A stretch of 63,927 nucleotides of DNA, filler included, from Octopus bimaculoides (GCF_001194135.2; 7 parts of 7 records of this genome joined end to end with filler, not necessarily neighbours in it); one strand, 5' to 3'; counted from the first letter of the whole stretch, positions 13,612-27,923 are shown. Notes: a model not told the origin generated them from the sequence alone. A program made the numbers and translations.

Positions 13612-13687
13612 GTTTCTCATTTTTCTTCCTTTCGCTTCTCCACGTTCTCTCTGTTTATCTATCTCTCTCTGTCTCTCTGTTCCTCTC

Positions 13688-13738
<51 letters not shown>

Positions 13739-13893
13739 CTCTTTGACTTTCTTTCGCTTTCTCTCTCCATGTGTCTCACTCTATCTGCCTCTATATCTTT
13801 CCATCTCTGTTTATATATAAACATATATGTATGCAAATTAATGAATATATACACACATACAAACACACGCACGTATATACATATACATACATA

Positions 13894-13943
<50 letters not shown>

Positions 13944-14621
13944 NNNNNNNNNNNNNNNNNNNNNNNNNNNNNNNNNNNNNNNNNNNNNNNNNNNNNNNNN
14001 NNNNNNNNNNNNNNNNNNNNNNNNNNNNNNNNNNNNNNNNNNNNNNNNNNNNNNNNNNNNNNNNNNNNNNNNNNNNNNNNNNNNNNNNNNNNNNNNNNNN
14101 NNNNNNNNNNNNNNNNNNNNNNNNNNNNNNNNNNNNNNNNNNNNNNNNNNNNNNNNNNNNNNNNNNNNNNNNNNNNNNNNNNNNNNNNNNNNNNNNNNNN
14201 NNNNNNNNNNNNNNNNNNNNNNNNNNNNNNNNNNNNNNNNNNNNNNNNNNNNNNNNNNNNNNNNNNNNNNNNNNNNNNNNNNNNNNNNNNNNNNNNNNNN
14301 NNNNNNNNNNNNNNNNNNNNNNNNNNNNNACAACCTTATCTGTGTATCTCTATTTCTATTTCGTGTCAATTTTCCTTGCATATTCTTTCAATTGTCTCTC
14401 TCTCTCTCTCTCTCTTTCTGGCTATCAGTATCTCACTGTCTGTTTCTGTCACTCACTCTCTCTCTCTTCTCTCTCCCTCTCTCTCTCTTTCTCTCTATAT
14501 AGATATACAAATGTGCGAGTGTGTGTGGGGGGTCCGTATTTGTGTATACAATGTATGCATGTTTGTATGTGTACCTGTGATTGTCTTCGTCTGGCTGTGT
14601 AGGTATGTGTATGTTCAGGTA

Positions 14622-14660
<39 letters not shown>

Positions 14661-14823
14661 GTGTGTGTGTGTGTAGATATATCTGTGTGTCTGTTTCTAA
14701 CCTATACCTCTATCTGTTCCTGCTTATCGGTTAATTAATCAGTATATTTATCAATTCACGATTAATTTACGTATCTATCTTCCAGACGATATATAAATCA
14801 CTTTATCTCTTTCTCTATCTATC

Positions 14824-14854
<31 letters not shown>

Positions 14855-14874
14855 CTATCTATCTNNNNNNNNNN

Positions 14875-14917
<43 letters not shown>

Positions 14918-14991
14918 AGCTATCTCTTTATCTTTGTAACTATCTATCTATCTATATATATATCTATCTATCTCAACCTCCCTCTCTCTCT

Positions 14992-15057
<66 letters not shown>

Positions 15058-15402
15058 TTATCGTTGTAACTATCTATTAATTTACATTTCACTTAACGCT
15101 AATTACAGTCGTTTCGGTCAGTAAGACTGTAAGCTTTAAGTATGATTTTAAAAACTAGTTACCTGATACATCTCTATATACACACATGCGTGTGTGTGTG
15201 TATGTGTCTGCGTGTGTGCGTGTGTACGTGCGTAAGTTTTTATATGAGTGTATGAATATCGTAGTATGTATATATCTATGTGCATGTATGCATATGTATA
15301 TATGTCGACACACAAGCACACACGCACAAGCATATATATCTATATATATATAGATGTATATATATATTATTATATTCATATATATACATACATGCATACA
15401 TG

Positions 15403-15441
<39 letters not shown>

Positions 15442-15894
15442 NNNNNNNNNNNNNNNNNNNNNNNNNNNNNNNNNNNNNNNNNNNNNNNNNNNNNNNNNNN
15501 NNNNNNNNNNNNNNNNNNNNNNNNNNNNNNNNNNNNNNNNNNNNNNNNNNNNNNNNNNNNNNNNNNNNNNNNNNNNNNNNNNNNNNNNNNNNNNNNNNNN
15601 NNNNNNNNNNNNNNNNNNNNNNNNNNNNNNNNNNNNNNNNNNNNNNNNNNNNNNNNNNNNNNNNNNNNNNNNNNNNNNNNNNNNNNNNNNNNNNNNNNNN
15701 NNNNNNNNNNNNNNNNNNNNNNNNNNNNNNNNNNNNNNNNNNNNNNNNNNNNNNNNNNNNNNNNNNNNNNNNNNNNNNNNNNNNNNNNNNNNNNNNNNNN
15801 NNNNNNNNNNNNNNNNNNNNNNNNNNNNNNNNNNNNNNNNNNNNNNNNNNNNNNNNNNNNNNNNNNNNNNNNNNNNNNNNNNNNNNNNNNTTAT

Positions 15895-15939
<45 letters not shown>

Positions 15940-16346
15940 TGTGTGTCTGTGTGTCTGTATGTCTGTCTGTCTGTCTGTCTGTGTGTTTGGTTATGTGTGT
16001 TTTCATTGAGAATATTCATTAAGGATAATGATGATTTTGTTTGGTAAAGGACGATTCCAGCAGCTTTCTATTATTATACAGTAGAATTATTCTCCCTCCG
16101 ACAAAAAGCCCAAGCCTGTTCAAAGCCTAAAATAGTGACCAATAACTTGAAACTTTCAATTCTTGGATCAAAATGCGTTCAAACGTTTTTCTTGCTATTA
16201 AGTTTGTATTTTTTTATCATTTATCATGGCACATCATTTTCTTCCTTTCACTGAGTTCGCCATGTTGTTCTATCTTTGCTTAGTTTTCATAAAGCGAAAA
16301 TTCTGATTTTTTTCTCTATCTTCTATTTTACACTCCTAGTGTAAAG

Positions 16347-16520
16347 CAACGGTTTTCAACCTGGTTCCACATGATCCTTAAGGTTCCATATGATCTTTGG
16401 GAGTCCATATAAGATTTTGTTGTTAAAATTTATCTGCAATGAATTAGTTATACTTTCTACAGTACACAAAATATTTTAACAATTTTTTTTATAAACTTCC
16501 TAATAATATCTAATCATAAA
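16347..16520 (+). mobile_element. hAT-Charlie-type MITE left end
   Basis: CAACGGTTTTCAACCTGG followed by repeated GGTTCCATATGA/GAGTCCATATAAG, preceded by GTGTAAAG (nnnTAnnn). Right end not seen. Confidence 0.55.
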
Positions 16521-16573
16521 AATATGATAGGATTTTTTTTAAAGAAAATATAATAGGCGTATGTATTCTCCAC

Positions 16574-16748
16574 CTTGGTGGGACGCCAGTTCGTTACAGG
16601 ACTACCCATTTTGGCCAGCCGAGTGGACCGGAGCCATGAAAAATGAAGTGTTTCGCTCAGGAATACAACACGTCAACCGGACGAGGAATCGAAACCATTA
16701 TCTTACGATCATGAATCCAACGCTCTAACCACCAAGCCATATGCCTCC
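16574..16748 (-). mobile_element. SINE family C (tRNA-derived head); a second copy on plus at 41902-41998
   Basis: Reverse complement reads GGAGGCATATGGCTTGGTGGTTAGAGCG...GGTTTCGATTCC...GTGTTGTATTCCTGAGCGAAACACTTCATT. 41902 reads GAAGGCGCGTGGCTTAGTGGTTAGGG...GAGTTCGATTC...ATTTCACCTTGC. Confidence 0.75.
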
Positions 16749-18549
16749 ACTTGCTGATAGCGTTCTAAAGACATGTCCAAGAAACCTCAGACAACAACAA
16801 TCTCTCACTGCGATGCTTAGTGGTGTCATTTATATCCTCCTATAGTCTTCTTCATTGGTTATTTTCTCATGCCAGGAGATGTTAAGAATTTGGCAAGACT
16901 TAAACGATTTTCACCGGGAAATTCATTCAAACTAGTTAAGTTTTGTATTAATAACGATAAAACTAATACCTGTTGTGCATACGTTTTATTCCTACCTCGT
17001 ATCGAGGTCCCATCTGAGAACAACAACTAAAATCAGTCTGCAGTCAATTCAGCTTTCCGGTTAACTTACGTTTACGATAATTTTGGAAAATTAGGTTTGG
17101 TTTAAATTTAAACATAAACGTATATATGTTACATGTATATATACACATATCCAAATATATCCATATATTTGGATTCATTTCTAATACATTAGGAATTACC
17201 TTCGATGTTAATTATATTTGGATTTATAGGTACTTGATTACTTGATTTAGATAACCATTCGATTAATACTGAGTGCTTTCAAGATATCAAGACATCTGCT
17301 TCGATTTATTATTCCATTTTACCTCTTGCTACATACTAAATGTGCGTATGTGTGTGCTTGTGTGCGGTATGTATATATGAGTGTATGTATATATATATAT
17401 ATATATNNNNNNNNNNNNNNNNNNNNNNNNNNNNNNNNNNNNNNNNNNNNNNNNNNNNNNNNNNNNNNNNNNNNNNNNNNNNNNNNNNNNNNNNNNNNNN
17501 NNNNNNNNNNNNNNNNNNNNNNNNNNNNNNNNNNNNNNNNNNNNNNNNNNNNNNNNNNNNNNNNNNNNNNNNNNNNNNNNNNNNNNNNNNNNNNNNNNNN
17601 NNNNNNNNNNNNNNNNNNNNNNNNNNNNNNNNNNNNNNNNNNNNNNNNNNNNNNNNNNNNNNNNNNNNNNNNNNNNNNNNNNNNNNNNNNNNNNNNNNNN
17701 NNNNNNNNNNNNNNNNNNNNNNNNNNNNNNNNNNNNNNNNNNNNNNNNNNNNNNNNNNNNNGAAACCGGTTATTTCTCAAAATACAATGTTTATATACCA
17801 AAAAGATTTTATAACATTTTTCTGACATAATTTAAATATATACTTTAACCATGTAACACAAGCCTTCTGTAGTTTTTTCACTCTTATTATCTTTTATACA
17901 CACATATATATACACATATATATATACGTATATATAATTATATATTTATGTATGTATGTATGTATGTACATCCTTTAAGTTCGTTTATGTGATGCGTTTT
18001 TGAACTCATAAAAAGCTCCTACGCTATTTATCTCAGCTATCACTTATTATTCCCACCTTCCAAAGTAATTATATGGGATAGTCATTAGGATAGAAATAGT
18101 AATAACGAGAACTTTTGGATAGAAATTAATAAATCTTTAAAGGACTGATGAATTTTCATCCAAAAGTTTTCTTACTTGTGTGTGCGAGTGGGGGGGTCTG
18201 TGTCAAACTGTCTCACTTTAATTTCCCTCTTGTCAACTTTATCCTGAAGAAGAACTGTTTCCGAAACGTTAACTTTCCCACTCTCCACACTATTTTTACT
18301 GTACTCGTTCAGCCGACTATGCATGAGTGTGTGCATGTGTGTGTACTTGTGTGCGTGTTTATGTATTTATACACTCACACATATATATAACAGCGTACAT
18401 ATATAATTTGAGAATAGTATATATGCATGTACATATGTATGTATATATACGTATATGCATGAATATCTATGTACATATGCATATATATATATGTATATAT
18501 ATATATATATGTATATATGTATGCACGTATGTATGTATACGTATATACG

Positions 18550-18625
<76 letters not shown>

Positions 18626-18929
18626 CATGAATGCATATATGTATGTGTACGTATATGTTTGTGCGTGTATATGTGTGTGTCTCTGTCTGTGTGTGTGTAA
18701 GTATATATTTTTAAATATCAAATTCGACTGCGTTCATACAATCAAAATGATTATTCCAAGATTGTCTGTGCCAATTCCAGAAATAAAATCTGTCGGTTTG
18801 GTAGAGAGAAAAGAAAAGAATTGCAGAACGGAATTAGTCAGAACGGTAACGGAATAGTAACGGAACTGTTACAGAATGGTAAACGGAACAGAAGAGAGAA
18901 GAAAAGACAAATACACCTCTAACACTCAC

Positions 18930-18936
18930 AATAATG

Positions 18937-19025
<89 letters not shown>

Positions 19026-19695
19026 NNNNNNNNNNNNNNNNNNNNNNNNNNNNNNNNNNNNNNNNNNNNNNNNNNNNNNNNNNNNNNNNNNNNNNNNNNN
19101 NNNNNNNNNNNNNNNNNNNNNNNNNNNNNNNNNNNNNNNNNNNNNNNNNNNNNNNNNNNNNNNNNNNNNNNNNNNNNNNNNNNNNNNNNNNNNNNNNNNN
19201 NNNNNNNNNNNNNNNNNNNNNNNNNNNNNNNNNNNNNNNNNNNNNNNNNNNNNNNNNNNNNNNNNNNNNNNNNNNNNNNNNNNNNNNNNNNNNNNNNNNN
19301 NNNNNNNNNNNNNNNNNNNNNNNNNNNNNNNNNNNNNNNNNNNNNNNNNNNNNNNNNNNNNNNNNNNNNNNNNNNNNNNNNNNNNNNNNNNNNNNNNNNN
19401 NNNNNNNNNNNNNNNNNNNNNNNNNNNNNNNNNNNNNNNNNNNNNNNNNNNNNNNNNNNNNNNNNNNNNNNNNNNNNNNNNNNNNNNNNNNNNNNNNNNN
19501 NNGTGATCATGGCTATGACATTGGTAACAAAAAGACAACAGCAACAACAAGAAAAGAAGAAGAAAGAAGAAGAAGAAGAAGAAGAAGAAGAAGAAGAAGG
19601 AGAAGAAGAAGAAGAAGAAGAAGAAGAAGAAGAATGTGATGATGATGATGATGATGATGATGATGGTGGTGGTGATGATGACGACGATGATGAAT
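18930..19695. repeat. (AAT)n, gap, then (GAA)n/(GAT)n microsatellites
   Basis: Directly visible. Confidence 0.95.
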
Positions 19696-20433
19696 AACGA
19701 ACGTCCAACCCGAAAATACAAGTTAAAATGTAACAATATATAATAGACTGACGAAAATATTCGTTGCTGATCAATATTATTGAACTGCTATCATTAAATC
19801 TTGCAGATCATTCAACGTTGTCATTTGTTTCCAATTTTATCTAGCCACACAGAATATTTCATTCTTTCTTACCTCCCCTTGTTGTTATTACGCAACCTAT
19901 TATTTTACGATCTATCGTATTATTAATATCCGCTCTTTTCTTTTTGGTGAAGGCGAAAATGAAGAGAGGCAGTGGAGAGGTAGACGGAGACTTTTAAGAA
20001 ATAACAAAAATAAGAATTTGGCTGTGCTATATATGTGTATGTGTAAGTATGTCTGTATATATTGTTTGTATATGTATATGTATATAAATATATGTAAACA
20101 TGTGTATGTATATGTATGTTTATATATATATACATATATACATATATATATATNNNNNNNNNNGTATGTATATATATACATATATACACATGTATTTATA
20201 TATATATGTATATATACATGCATTATGTATGTATATGCATATATATATATATGTATGTATATATATGAGAATGAGTGATCAAAGCGCATCGGTGGATGAA
20301 TATTCTTTATTCGTGAGTTAACAAACAACCAATAGTTTCACGTGAGCGGGATCTCTTTACAATTTCAAACCAGCCATATGGGAACGTTGCACTCACCCCA
20401 TTTGGGATGAGAAGATACATATATATGTATGCT

Positions 20434-20469
<36 letters not shown>

Positions 20470-20599
20470 GTTAATTCAAATAAGGAAACAATACAATAAA
20501 ACGAATATAAAAAAACGAAAAAGAAACGAAAAGAAAAACGAACGTGAGGACGTGCGCAAGTAATGTATTTGCATGACGCACGGTGAAAGGAGAGAGTTT

Positions 20600-20626
20600 G
20601 ATGTTTCGAGCATAGCTCTTCGTCAG
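20600..20626 (-). ncRNA. Isolated minimal hammerhead-like relic (Penelope-type); a weaker one on plus at 18244-18270
   Basis: Minus strand reads CTGACGA-A-GAGC-TAT-GCTC-GAAAC-ATC; GTC to ATC is explainable by CpG decay. Stem I is poor. Confidence 0.45.
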
Positions 20627-22234
20627 GAAAAGGGAAAAGTCCAAAGAAAAGAAATCGCCGACGGCACACGTGTAGTTACATATGTATGTTTGTATGCATG
20701 TACGTATTATGTATTATGTATGTATGTGTGTGTGTGTATGTATATTAACTCTGCATTTCAGATAAAATGCAGGTAATACTTGTATTACATTGTTTTATTA
20801 TCACTACGACGATTTGGCCTAAAATTGTCAGACATACTTTAATACAATCCTCTATGACTTGCCGTTATGCAAAGAATCGTTTTACTTCTGTCCTCTTGAG
20901 AAAAACATTATTTAATATCTACATTAGTTGTGGAGCGGGTGTAAATTTAGCGGTATTGGCAAGCAGGGTTAACTTTGAGTAATCTTGCTTGCCAGGTCAA
21001 CTAACATAATAACAATAAATTTCGTAATTAAAACGGGAAAGCAGAAGAAATTATTCGAGTAACAAAGTAATGAAAAATTATTAAAAATAGCGAAATATTG
21101 CAAAATATAGAAATTAATTTTTAAAATTGATAAAAAAAATATTTTAATATAAATTATTAAAAATGAATGAAAATTAATATGAAAAATTCAAAAATTGGTG
21201 TCCCCAGCTAACAAAGAAATTTGGTCATTGAAAACAAGTTAGAGCAGGATTTTTAAAATGTATTATGCAAAAATTGGTAAAAATTAGTGAAAAGAGTGAT
21301 TTACTGTGAAAACGTTAACTAATGTTCTGTTGCAGAGCAACACTTTATGGCACCACCGAATATGTTACCATTATTATGTTGGATGAAACCAATACTTTAA
21401 AATGTATTTAGTGTAGTGTGGAGCGATGCTGAACATCTCCGGTTAAGAGCCAAGTTACAGGAAGTTCTTTAGAGTGATCGTCTTTTTTACGCTTCAGAAT
21501 CTATTGCTACCGTTTACGTAAAGTCTTCAATTTCCTCAATTCTCCAGATGAGGTAGCTTGCAGCTTTTCCTTCAAGTACCAGATATAACTTGTGAACTAT
21601 GCTGTTCAGCACTTGCTGAAAGAGAAAACGAGGGGATTGGATCTCGCTAGTGCTACCGCATCTATATAACTTGAGCCTCTTGCATTCTACCAAAAGTCTT
21701 ACGGAATCCCTTCTCCAAGTGAATTAAATCGGGGTCCTTGTGCATATTTTCAGCGGTAAACTTCTATCTGTAACCCTTATTTTTAGTTTCAATCAACTGC
21801 TACTTGTTGTATTGGTCCCAGAGGGATTGAAAGCGTAGCTGTACATGTTCAGTTTGAACGTGGAATGTAACAGGACACAATAAGAATTATTACAATTCCG
21901 CAATCCAGCTTCATTTCTTGTTATTAATTTTTAATTAATTAAATTATAACAATAAAGGCAAGAAAAAGGACTACGACGACCACGACAACGACGATTATGA
22001 TGATGAAGAAGATGATGATGATGATTATGATGATGATGATGATGATGATGATGATGCATATTAAAGTTTTTAAAAAAATATCAGCGCAGTGTGTGATGGA
22101 AAAATTTCCAATCAAAAAGAATGAAATAATGTAAAATATGAAAGAAAAGAACGAAAATGCCGTGAGATAATAATTAACTGGATTAAAAAAGTGTTACCAC
22201 TACACAAACACACACACACACACACACACATACA

Positions 22235-22276
<42 letters not shown>

Positions 22277-22491
22277 NNNNNNNNNNATTATATCGACCAA
22301 CGCATACTCATATAAAATATGTATATATATATTATATATGTCATATATATATGTATTCATTTGTATATATATTTTATCATATATATATATTTATATGAGC
22401 ATATTTATGTATCAATATATATATATAAATATATATATAAATATCTATATATATTTATATATACACATATGTATATACATATATACACCCC

Positions 22492-22522
<31 letters not shown>

Positions 22523-23294
22523 CGAGGGAGAGAGAGAGCGACGAGAAGAGTGAGAAAAGAAGAAGCTGATGGGAAACAAGAGACAAGAAAGAGAAGAGGG
22601 GGAATTACAATTGGTATACCCCTCCCCACAAAAGAACAATAGTAGGAAGCTTTTGTAAAGCAAAGTATTTCGTTGTTTCCTAAGATATAACACCAACCAA
22701 AAAAAAAAAAGAGATATAGAAATATTAAAAGCAATAAATATAAAAAGAGCAAAAAAACAAGACATGTAAATAAAGCAAAATGGCGCTTCATTACAATGGA
22801 GTTTCTCGTTGGTGGTTCGTAATGTTGAAACAATTTTAATATTGCCTACAAATGAGATTAGATTAGCCAATGAAACAGCCGTTTGTTTCGGTTTACGAAT
22901 GGTGCCAATATTCATTTAGAACGATAATATGAAAATATAATAAGTAAAAAAAAAAACAAATGGGGAAAAATAAAAGATGAGAATAAAAAGTAGAGAGTGA
23001 AGAGGAGAAAACAAAATGGCAGCTTAATATATGCCTTGCAGCCCTGGTGTCTTTCTTTCTCAGTCCCTCTTCCTCCTTTCTTTCTTCTCATTCTATTTAT
23101 CTCGATCTGTATGCATATATATACATATATATANNNNNNNNNNNNNNNNNNNNNNNNNNNNNNNNNNNNNNNNNNNNNNNNNNNNNNNNNNNNNNNNNNN
23201 NNNNNNNNNNNNNNNNNNNNNNNNNNNNNNNNNNNNNNNNNNNNNNNNNNNNNNNNNNNNNNNNNNNNNNNNNNNNNNNNNNNNNNNNNNNNNN

Positions 23295-23325
<31 letters not shown>

Positions 23326-23591
23326 GTATGTATATATGTATGTATATGTATATGGCTTCTCTGTTACTTTTCCTCTTTGCGTCCCACGCATTCAGTATCT
23401 GAATATCATCGCTTATAATTCGATTTTCAAAAATAAAGAAATGCTCATCTCCCGAAGTTTCTATTGATTGATATTATAACAATACGTTAAAGCCCAGGAC
23501 CTTGCTAGAATAGCTAGCAAGTAATTCCTATAACAAGGGGGTCGATTCTCAGTAGAAATATATCCCTACGTTATTATTGTTGTTACTGTTG

Positions 23592-23647
<56 letters not shown>

Positions 23648-25084
23648 GAGTGAGAGAGTAGTTCATGCCATCAAAGTGACACTGGGGTAAAATATACGAA
23701 GCCCAGTAATACCCATCATTATTATTATTCGGTAGCCTTATTTTTATAGCGTGCCTTCACTTCACTACCGAGCGCATTCCAGAAGATACCTTTAATTCGT
23801 TGACAGGTCTGCCACCATCATTTTGTCCGTGGGTACATATAAGGAAGTCCGTTTTGTAGCCGGCATTTAAACCAAATCTCTGGTCGGAACTTAGCTGCTT
23901 CTTTCCCATCCCATATGTCTCTAAGGCCCTAGAAAAGGGCTTTCCGAGTAGGTTATATAAGTATATAGGGTTCAAGTGAAAAGGGTACTATTTTGAATCG
24001 AAACCAATACCAAGATTTGATTAATTAAAATCTTGTCATCTACGCCACGATAACTTTACTTTGGAGGGTTTAAGTTATGATATAAACCACAAGGAATATC
24101 TCTACACTGTCGCTCAACAAGGCAGAAAGAGTAGCTAAATATTCCTCATTTCACACTCTTCGTCTTAAGACTAGAAAGACGAATAAGCGAACGTTGTTCA
24201 GTTACAATGTCTGGCTAAAAGAATATTAAACAAAGACAGGATTGTCAAAACGTAAATGCCTTTGATCAAATTCTCTTCGACTAGGAATAACCGTGGGCTA
24301 AACTACAGCTTGATTTATTTTCAGCTATTTGATGTCGTATTTTCATATTTGTCCATAACAGAACAGAAGAGAAAAGACGGAGAGGAAAAGGAAGAGACAA
24401 GAAACAATTTCTTAAACCAGCAAACTAAACTTCCGGTCTATTCTTAGTAAGTGCAGACGTTTCCGGTTTATCCGTAGTTATATCAGATATGACATCATCT
24501 CTTGTTTTTAAAAGTTGGGAGTAAATTTAAAACTCTGGTGTAAAATTCACGGACGGATATACGAACGATATTTATAAAACATTTATTTTCGGAATATCGT
24601 AAATAGCAAAAGGAAGAAAGAAGAAAAATCAATCTTCGAAGAATATTGGTGGTAGTGGTGGTAGCGGCGGCGGCGGCGGCGGCNNNNNNNNNNNNNNNNN
24701 NNNNNNNNNNNNNNNNNNNNNNNNNNNNNNNNNNNNNNNNNNNNNNNNNNNNNNNNNNNNNNNNNNNNNNNNNNNNNNNNNNNNNNNNNNNNNNNNNNNN
24801 NNNNNNNNNNNNNNNNNNNNNNNNNNNNNNNNNNNNNNNNNNNNNNNNNNNGGTGGTGGTGGTTTTGGTGGTGGTGATGGTGGTGGTAGTAGTGGTGATA
24901 GTAGCGGCTGCGATGGTGGTCGTCGTGGTAGTGGTGTTAATAGCGGTAGTAGAAGATGTGGTAGTGGTGGTGGCGGTGGTGGTAGTGTGGTGGTAATGGT
25001 GGTAGTGGTGATAATGGCGGTAGTTGCGGTAGTGGCGATGGTGGTGGAACTAACAATGCCCAACGTTGACTAACTTTGCTGATT

Positions 25085-25295
25085 GGACGGGAACAGATAT
25101 TCTCAACGTGATATGGCACGTCGAACAAAAATTCTTGGCGATGTTTCTTCCCGACTTTCTGTTCTTAGTTCAAATTCTACCCCTTTCATTCCTTTGGGGG
25201 ACGATAAAATAAGTACCAATTGAACACTAGGGGTCGATCTAATCGACTTACTACTTCCCTAGAAATTGCCGTCCTTGTTCCAAACTGTGAAACCA
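25085..25295 (+). mobile_element. SINE family B copy, diverged
   Basis: AGTTCAAATTCT...CATTCCTTTGGGG.ACGATAAAATAAGTACCA...GGGGTCGATCTAATCGACTTA. Confidence 0.7.
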
Positions 25296-25651
25296 ATATT
25301 GTTCTTGGTTTTCATCTTGTTGTTGTTGAAGTTATTGTAGTAGATTTTGTGTTTGTGGTGTCATTGTTTGTGGTGGTGGTGGTGGTGTTGCTGCTGCCGA
25401 TATTGTTGTTGTCATAGCGGTCGTAGTCCCCGAACCGCTCATCAAATCTTAATATTTCTATTATGAGAATTAGCCAAGCTATAAACAATGTATAAAGGTC
25501 CGTAAGTTGACAATGGTCGTTTAACCGTTGGATACAATACCTATCTCTCTCTCTTTCTCTCTACTTTCCATACCTTCCCACCTTCCACCTCATCTCCCCA
25601 TCTCATTCTCTCTCATGCACATTCTTCTCTGTCTTCCTCTCTCCTACTCAC

Positions 25652-25689
<38 letters not shown>

Positions 25690-26228
25690 CCTCTCTTATT
25701 CTATCTCTCTCTTTCTTTCTCTAAGATTCCAATGGTTTAAAACAGCTAGCACACATACCGTTTCACACCCCCTACCACTCCATCAACAGCTGAGGGCCCC
25801 AAAGAAAGAATGAATGACGGATGCGTTATATATGTGTGTGCGCGCGCGTGTGTGTCCATGTATATATATGTGTGTGTGTGTCTGAGTGTGTTTGTGTGTG
25901 AACACGACTAACTGAGGAATCTAGTTAGATGCCAGAATTCAGGTTGGATGTAGATTCTCTTGTCTAAGAATATAAGAATCCTCTCCCTCTTCCTCTCCTT
26001 CCTCCATTCTCAGAAACCTCTCGCAGAACTTTAATAAGGTCATAGGTGCTGACTAAGCCATTCAGAAAATATAAAATCCTGCAGTCGTTTATTTATTCAG
26101 TTGCTTGTTTGTTTATTTATTTACTTATTTCTTCGTTCATTCATCGTTATGTCCTTAGTATTCAACACAATGCCATAAATATTTACTGCTTAGTCCAGTC
26201 CAACCGGCAGTCAATACTATACGCAATA

Positions 26229-26283
<55 letters not shown>

Positions 26284-27164
26284 CTAATAAGTGTATACAA
26301 TAGTAATCATCTTCGCTTGAAAGCCACACATTAACAATGGATCGATGTAACAATGGATCGATGCAAGAAAAAAATGTAATAGGAAAAAAAGAACAGAAGT
26401 AAAAGAAAAAACGAAACGAAACGAAAATATAACGAAAGTACGACATAGACGGAAGTCAGACGGAATATCTTGATTTCTACGGAAATAATACAAAAATTAA
26501 AACCGAAAACGAAACAACGAAATACGAAATATGTTTTGTTGCTTGTGGCCCAGTGGTGGCCTTCTGTATTATGTTACTTATGAAGAAGTAATAGAGATAA
26601 ATTAAACAAAAAGAATGAATTGGGGAAAAAAAGCAAACGAAGAGCTAGAAAACATGAAATAGAGAGAAAAAAACGGATATATGTTGTATTGCCTGTAGCG
26701 CGATGGCGGCTTTCTCTATTATATTAGTGAAATGAAAGCCAACGTTTGGGTCACGTAAGGAGAATAAAAGGCGCCAACTATAATAATTGTTGGACAACAG
26801 TTCTGTCATGCCTCATGAAATAGAATAGGAGGATGGAATGTATGGGTATGTTGGCATATATATACATATGTGTGTGCGTCTGTTAAAGTACGTTTGTACG
26901 TCTCCTGTGTCTGTGTATGGGAGGGTTATGTGCATAGGTATGTATTAATCTGTATGCTGTGGGTGTATTAGTGTGCGTCTGTGTTTTGTATGTGTCTCTG
27001 TGTGTCTCTGTACGTATGTGGCTTGTGTGTATGTGTGTGTTTTCATGTGAGGTAAAAAAATCAATAGGAGAGTGATAAAAGATAACAAAACATTAATAAT
27101 AGCTAACCGAAAAACTAAAGTAGGCTCTATATATATATACATACATACATATATACGCACATAC

Positions 27165-27201
<37 letters not shown>

Positions 27202-27680
27202 TATANNNNNNNNNNNNNNNNNNNNNNNNNNNNNNNNNNNNNNNNNNNNTTAATTAATTAANNNNNNNNNNNNNNNNNNNNNNNNNNNNNNNNNNNNNNN
27301 NNNNNATGCTGTTGTTAGATTTCTACTGCGTTTCCTCTTTTCGTCTTAAGGAAATGCAAGGAAATTGTTTTTCCGCTCTAGAAATTTTCGCAAATAATCT
27401 TCTAAAAGCCTACTTCAAAACATATAATTTTTTAGTGAAACACTTTTCTAAGGTTTACTCGTACAATCATTTTTAAATGTCCTTGGTTCCTGCTGTATAA
27501 TTGTGTCTTCAAAGAATTTTCAGCGCATCCACTATCTTTTCTACTTGTGATACTTTATTTAACACATATTTTAACCGTATGTTGTGTACTGATATATTAC
27601 ACACGACATGACGATTATAAATTCTATATGTTCATTGCTTTTATATTTTATAATATTTTCAAGCATTATTATAATCTACC

Positions 27681-27905
27681 CAAGGCAGTGACCTGGCAAA
27701 ATAGTTAACACGTCGGGGAGAATGCTTAACACCATTTCGTCCGTCTTTACGTTCTCAGTTGAAATTCCATCGAGTTCACTTTTGCCTTTCGTACTTTTGG
27801 GGTTGATAATAAAGTACCAGTTCAACTCTGGAGTCGATGTAATCGACTTACCCATTCTACCAAAATTACTGTCCAAGTGGCAAATTCTGTGGCAATACCA
27901 ATATT
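27681..27905 (+). mobile_element. SINE family B copy
   Basis: GGCAGTGACCTGGCAAAATAG...CATTTCGTCCGTCTTTACGTTCTCAGTTGAAATTCC...GTCGATGTAATCGACTTA. Confidence 0.85.
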
Positions 27906-27923
27906 ATAATCTAATTCAGGCAA

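Noticed and set aside
20957-20994. Pre-miRNA call for the hairpin
   Set aside because: The stem is ~15 bp and does not extend; it matches no miRNA I recognise. Kept only as a structural finding.
23750-23832. LRR-like peptide IPEDTFNSLTGL after an acceptor, and the overlapping 72-aa minus ORF
   Set aside because: It is a single short resemblance, the donor is weak, the length and phase do not fit typical 72-nt LRR exons, and there are no neighbouring LRR exons.
27250-27261. TTAATTAATTAA 12-mer centred in 100-bp N gaps (also 35319, 43064, 56381, 61401, 62510)
   Set aside because: It is identical each time, symmetric within the Ns and gives stops in all six frames: an assembly placeholder, not a biological motif.
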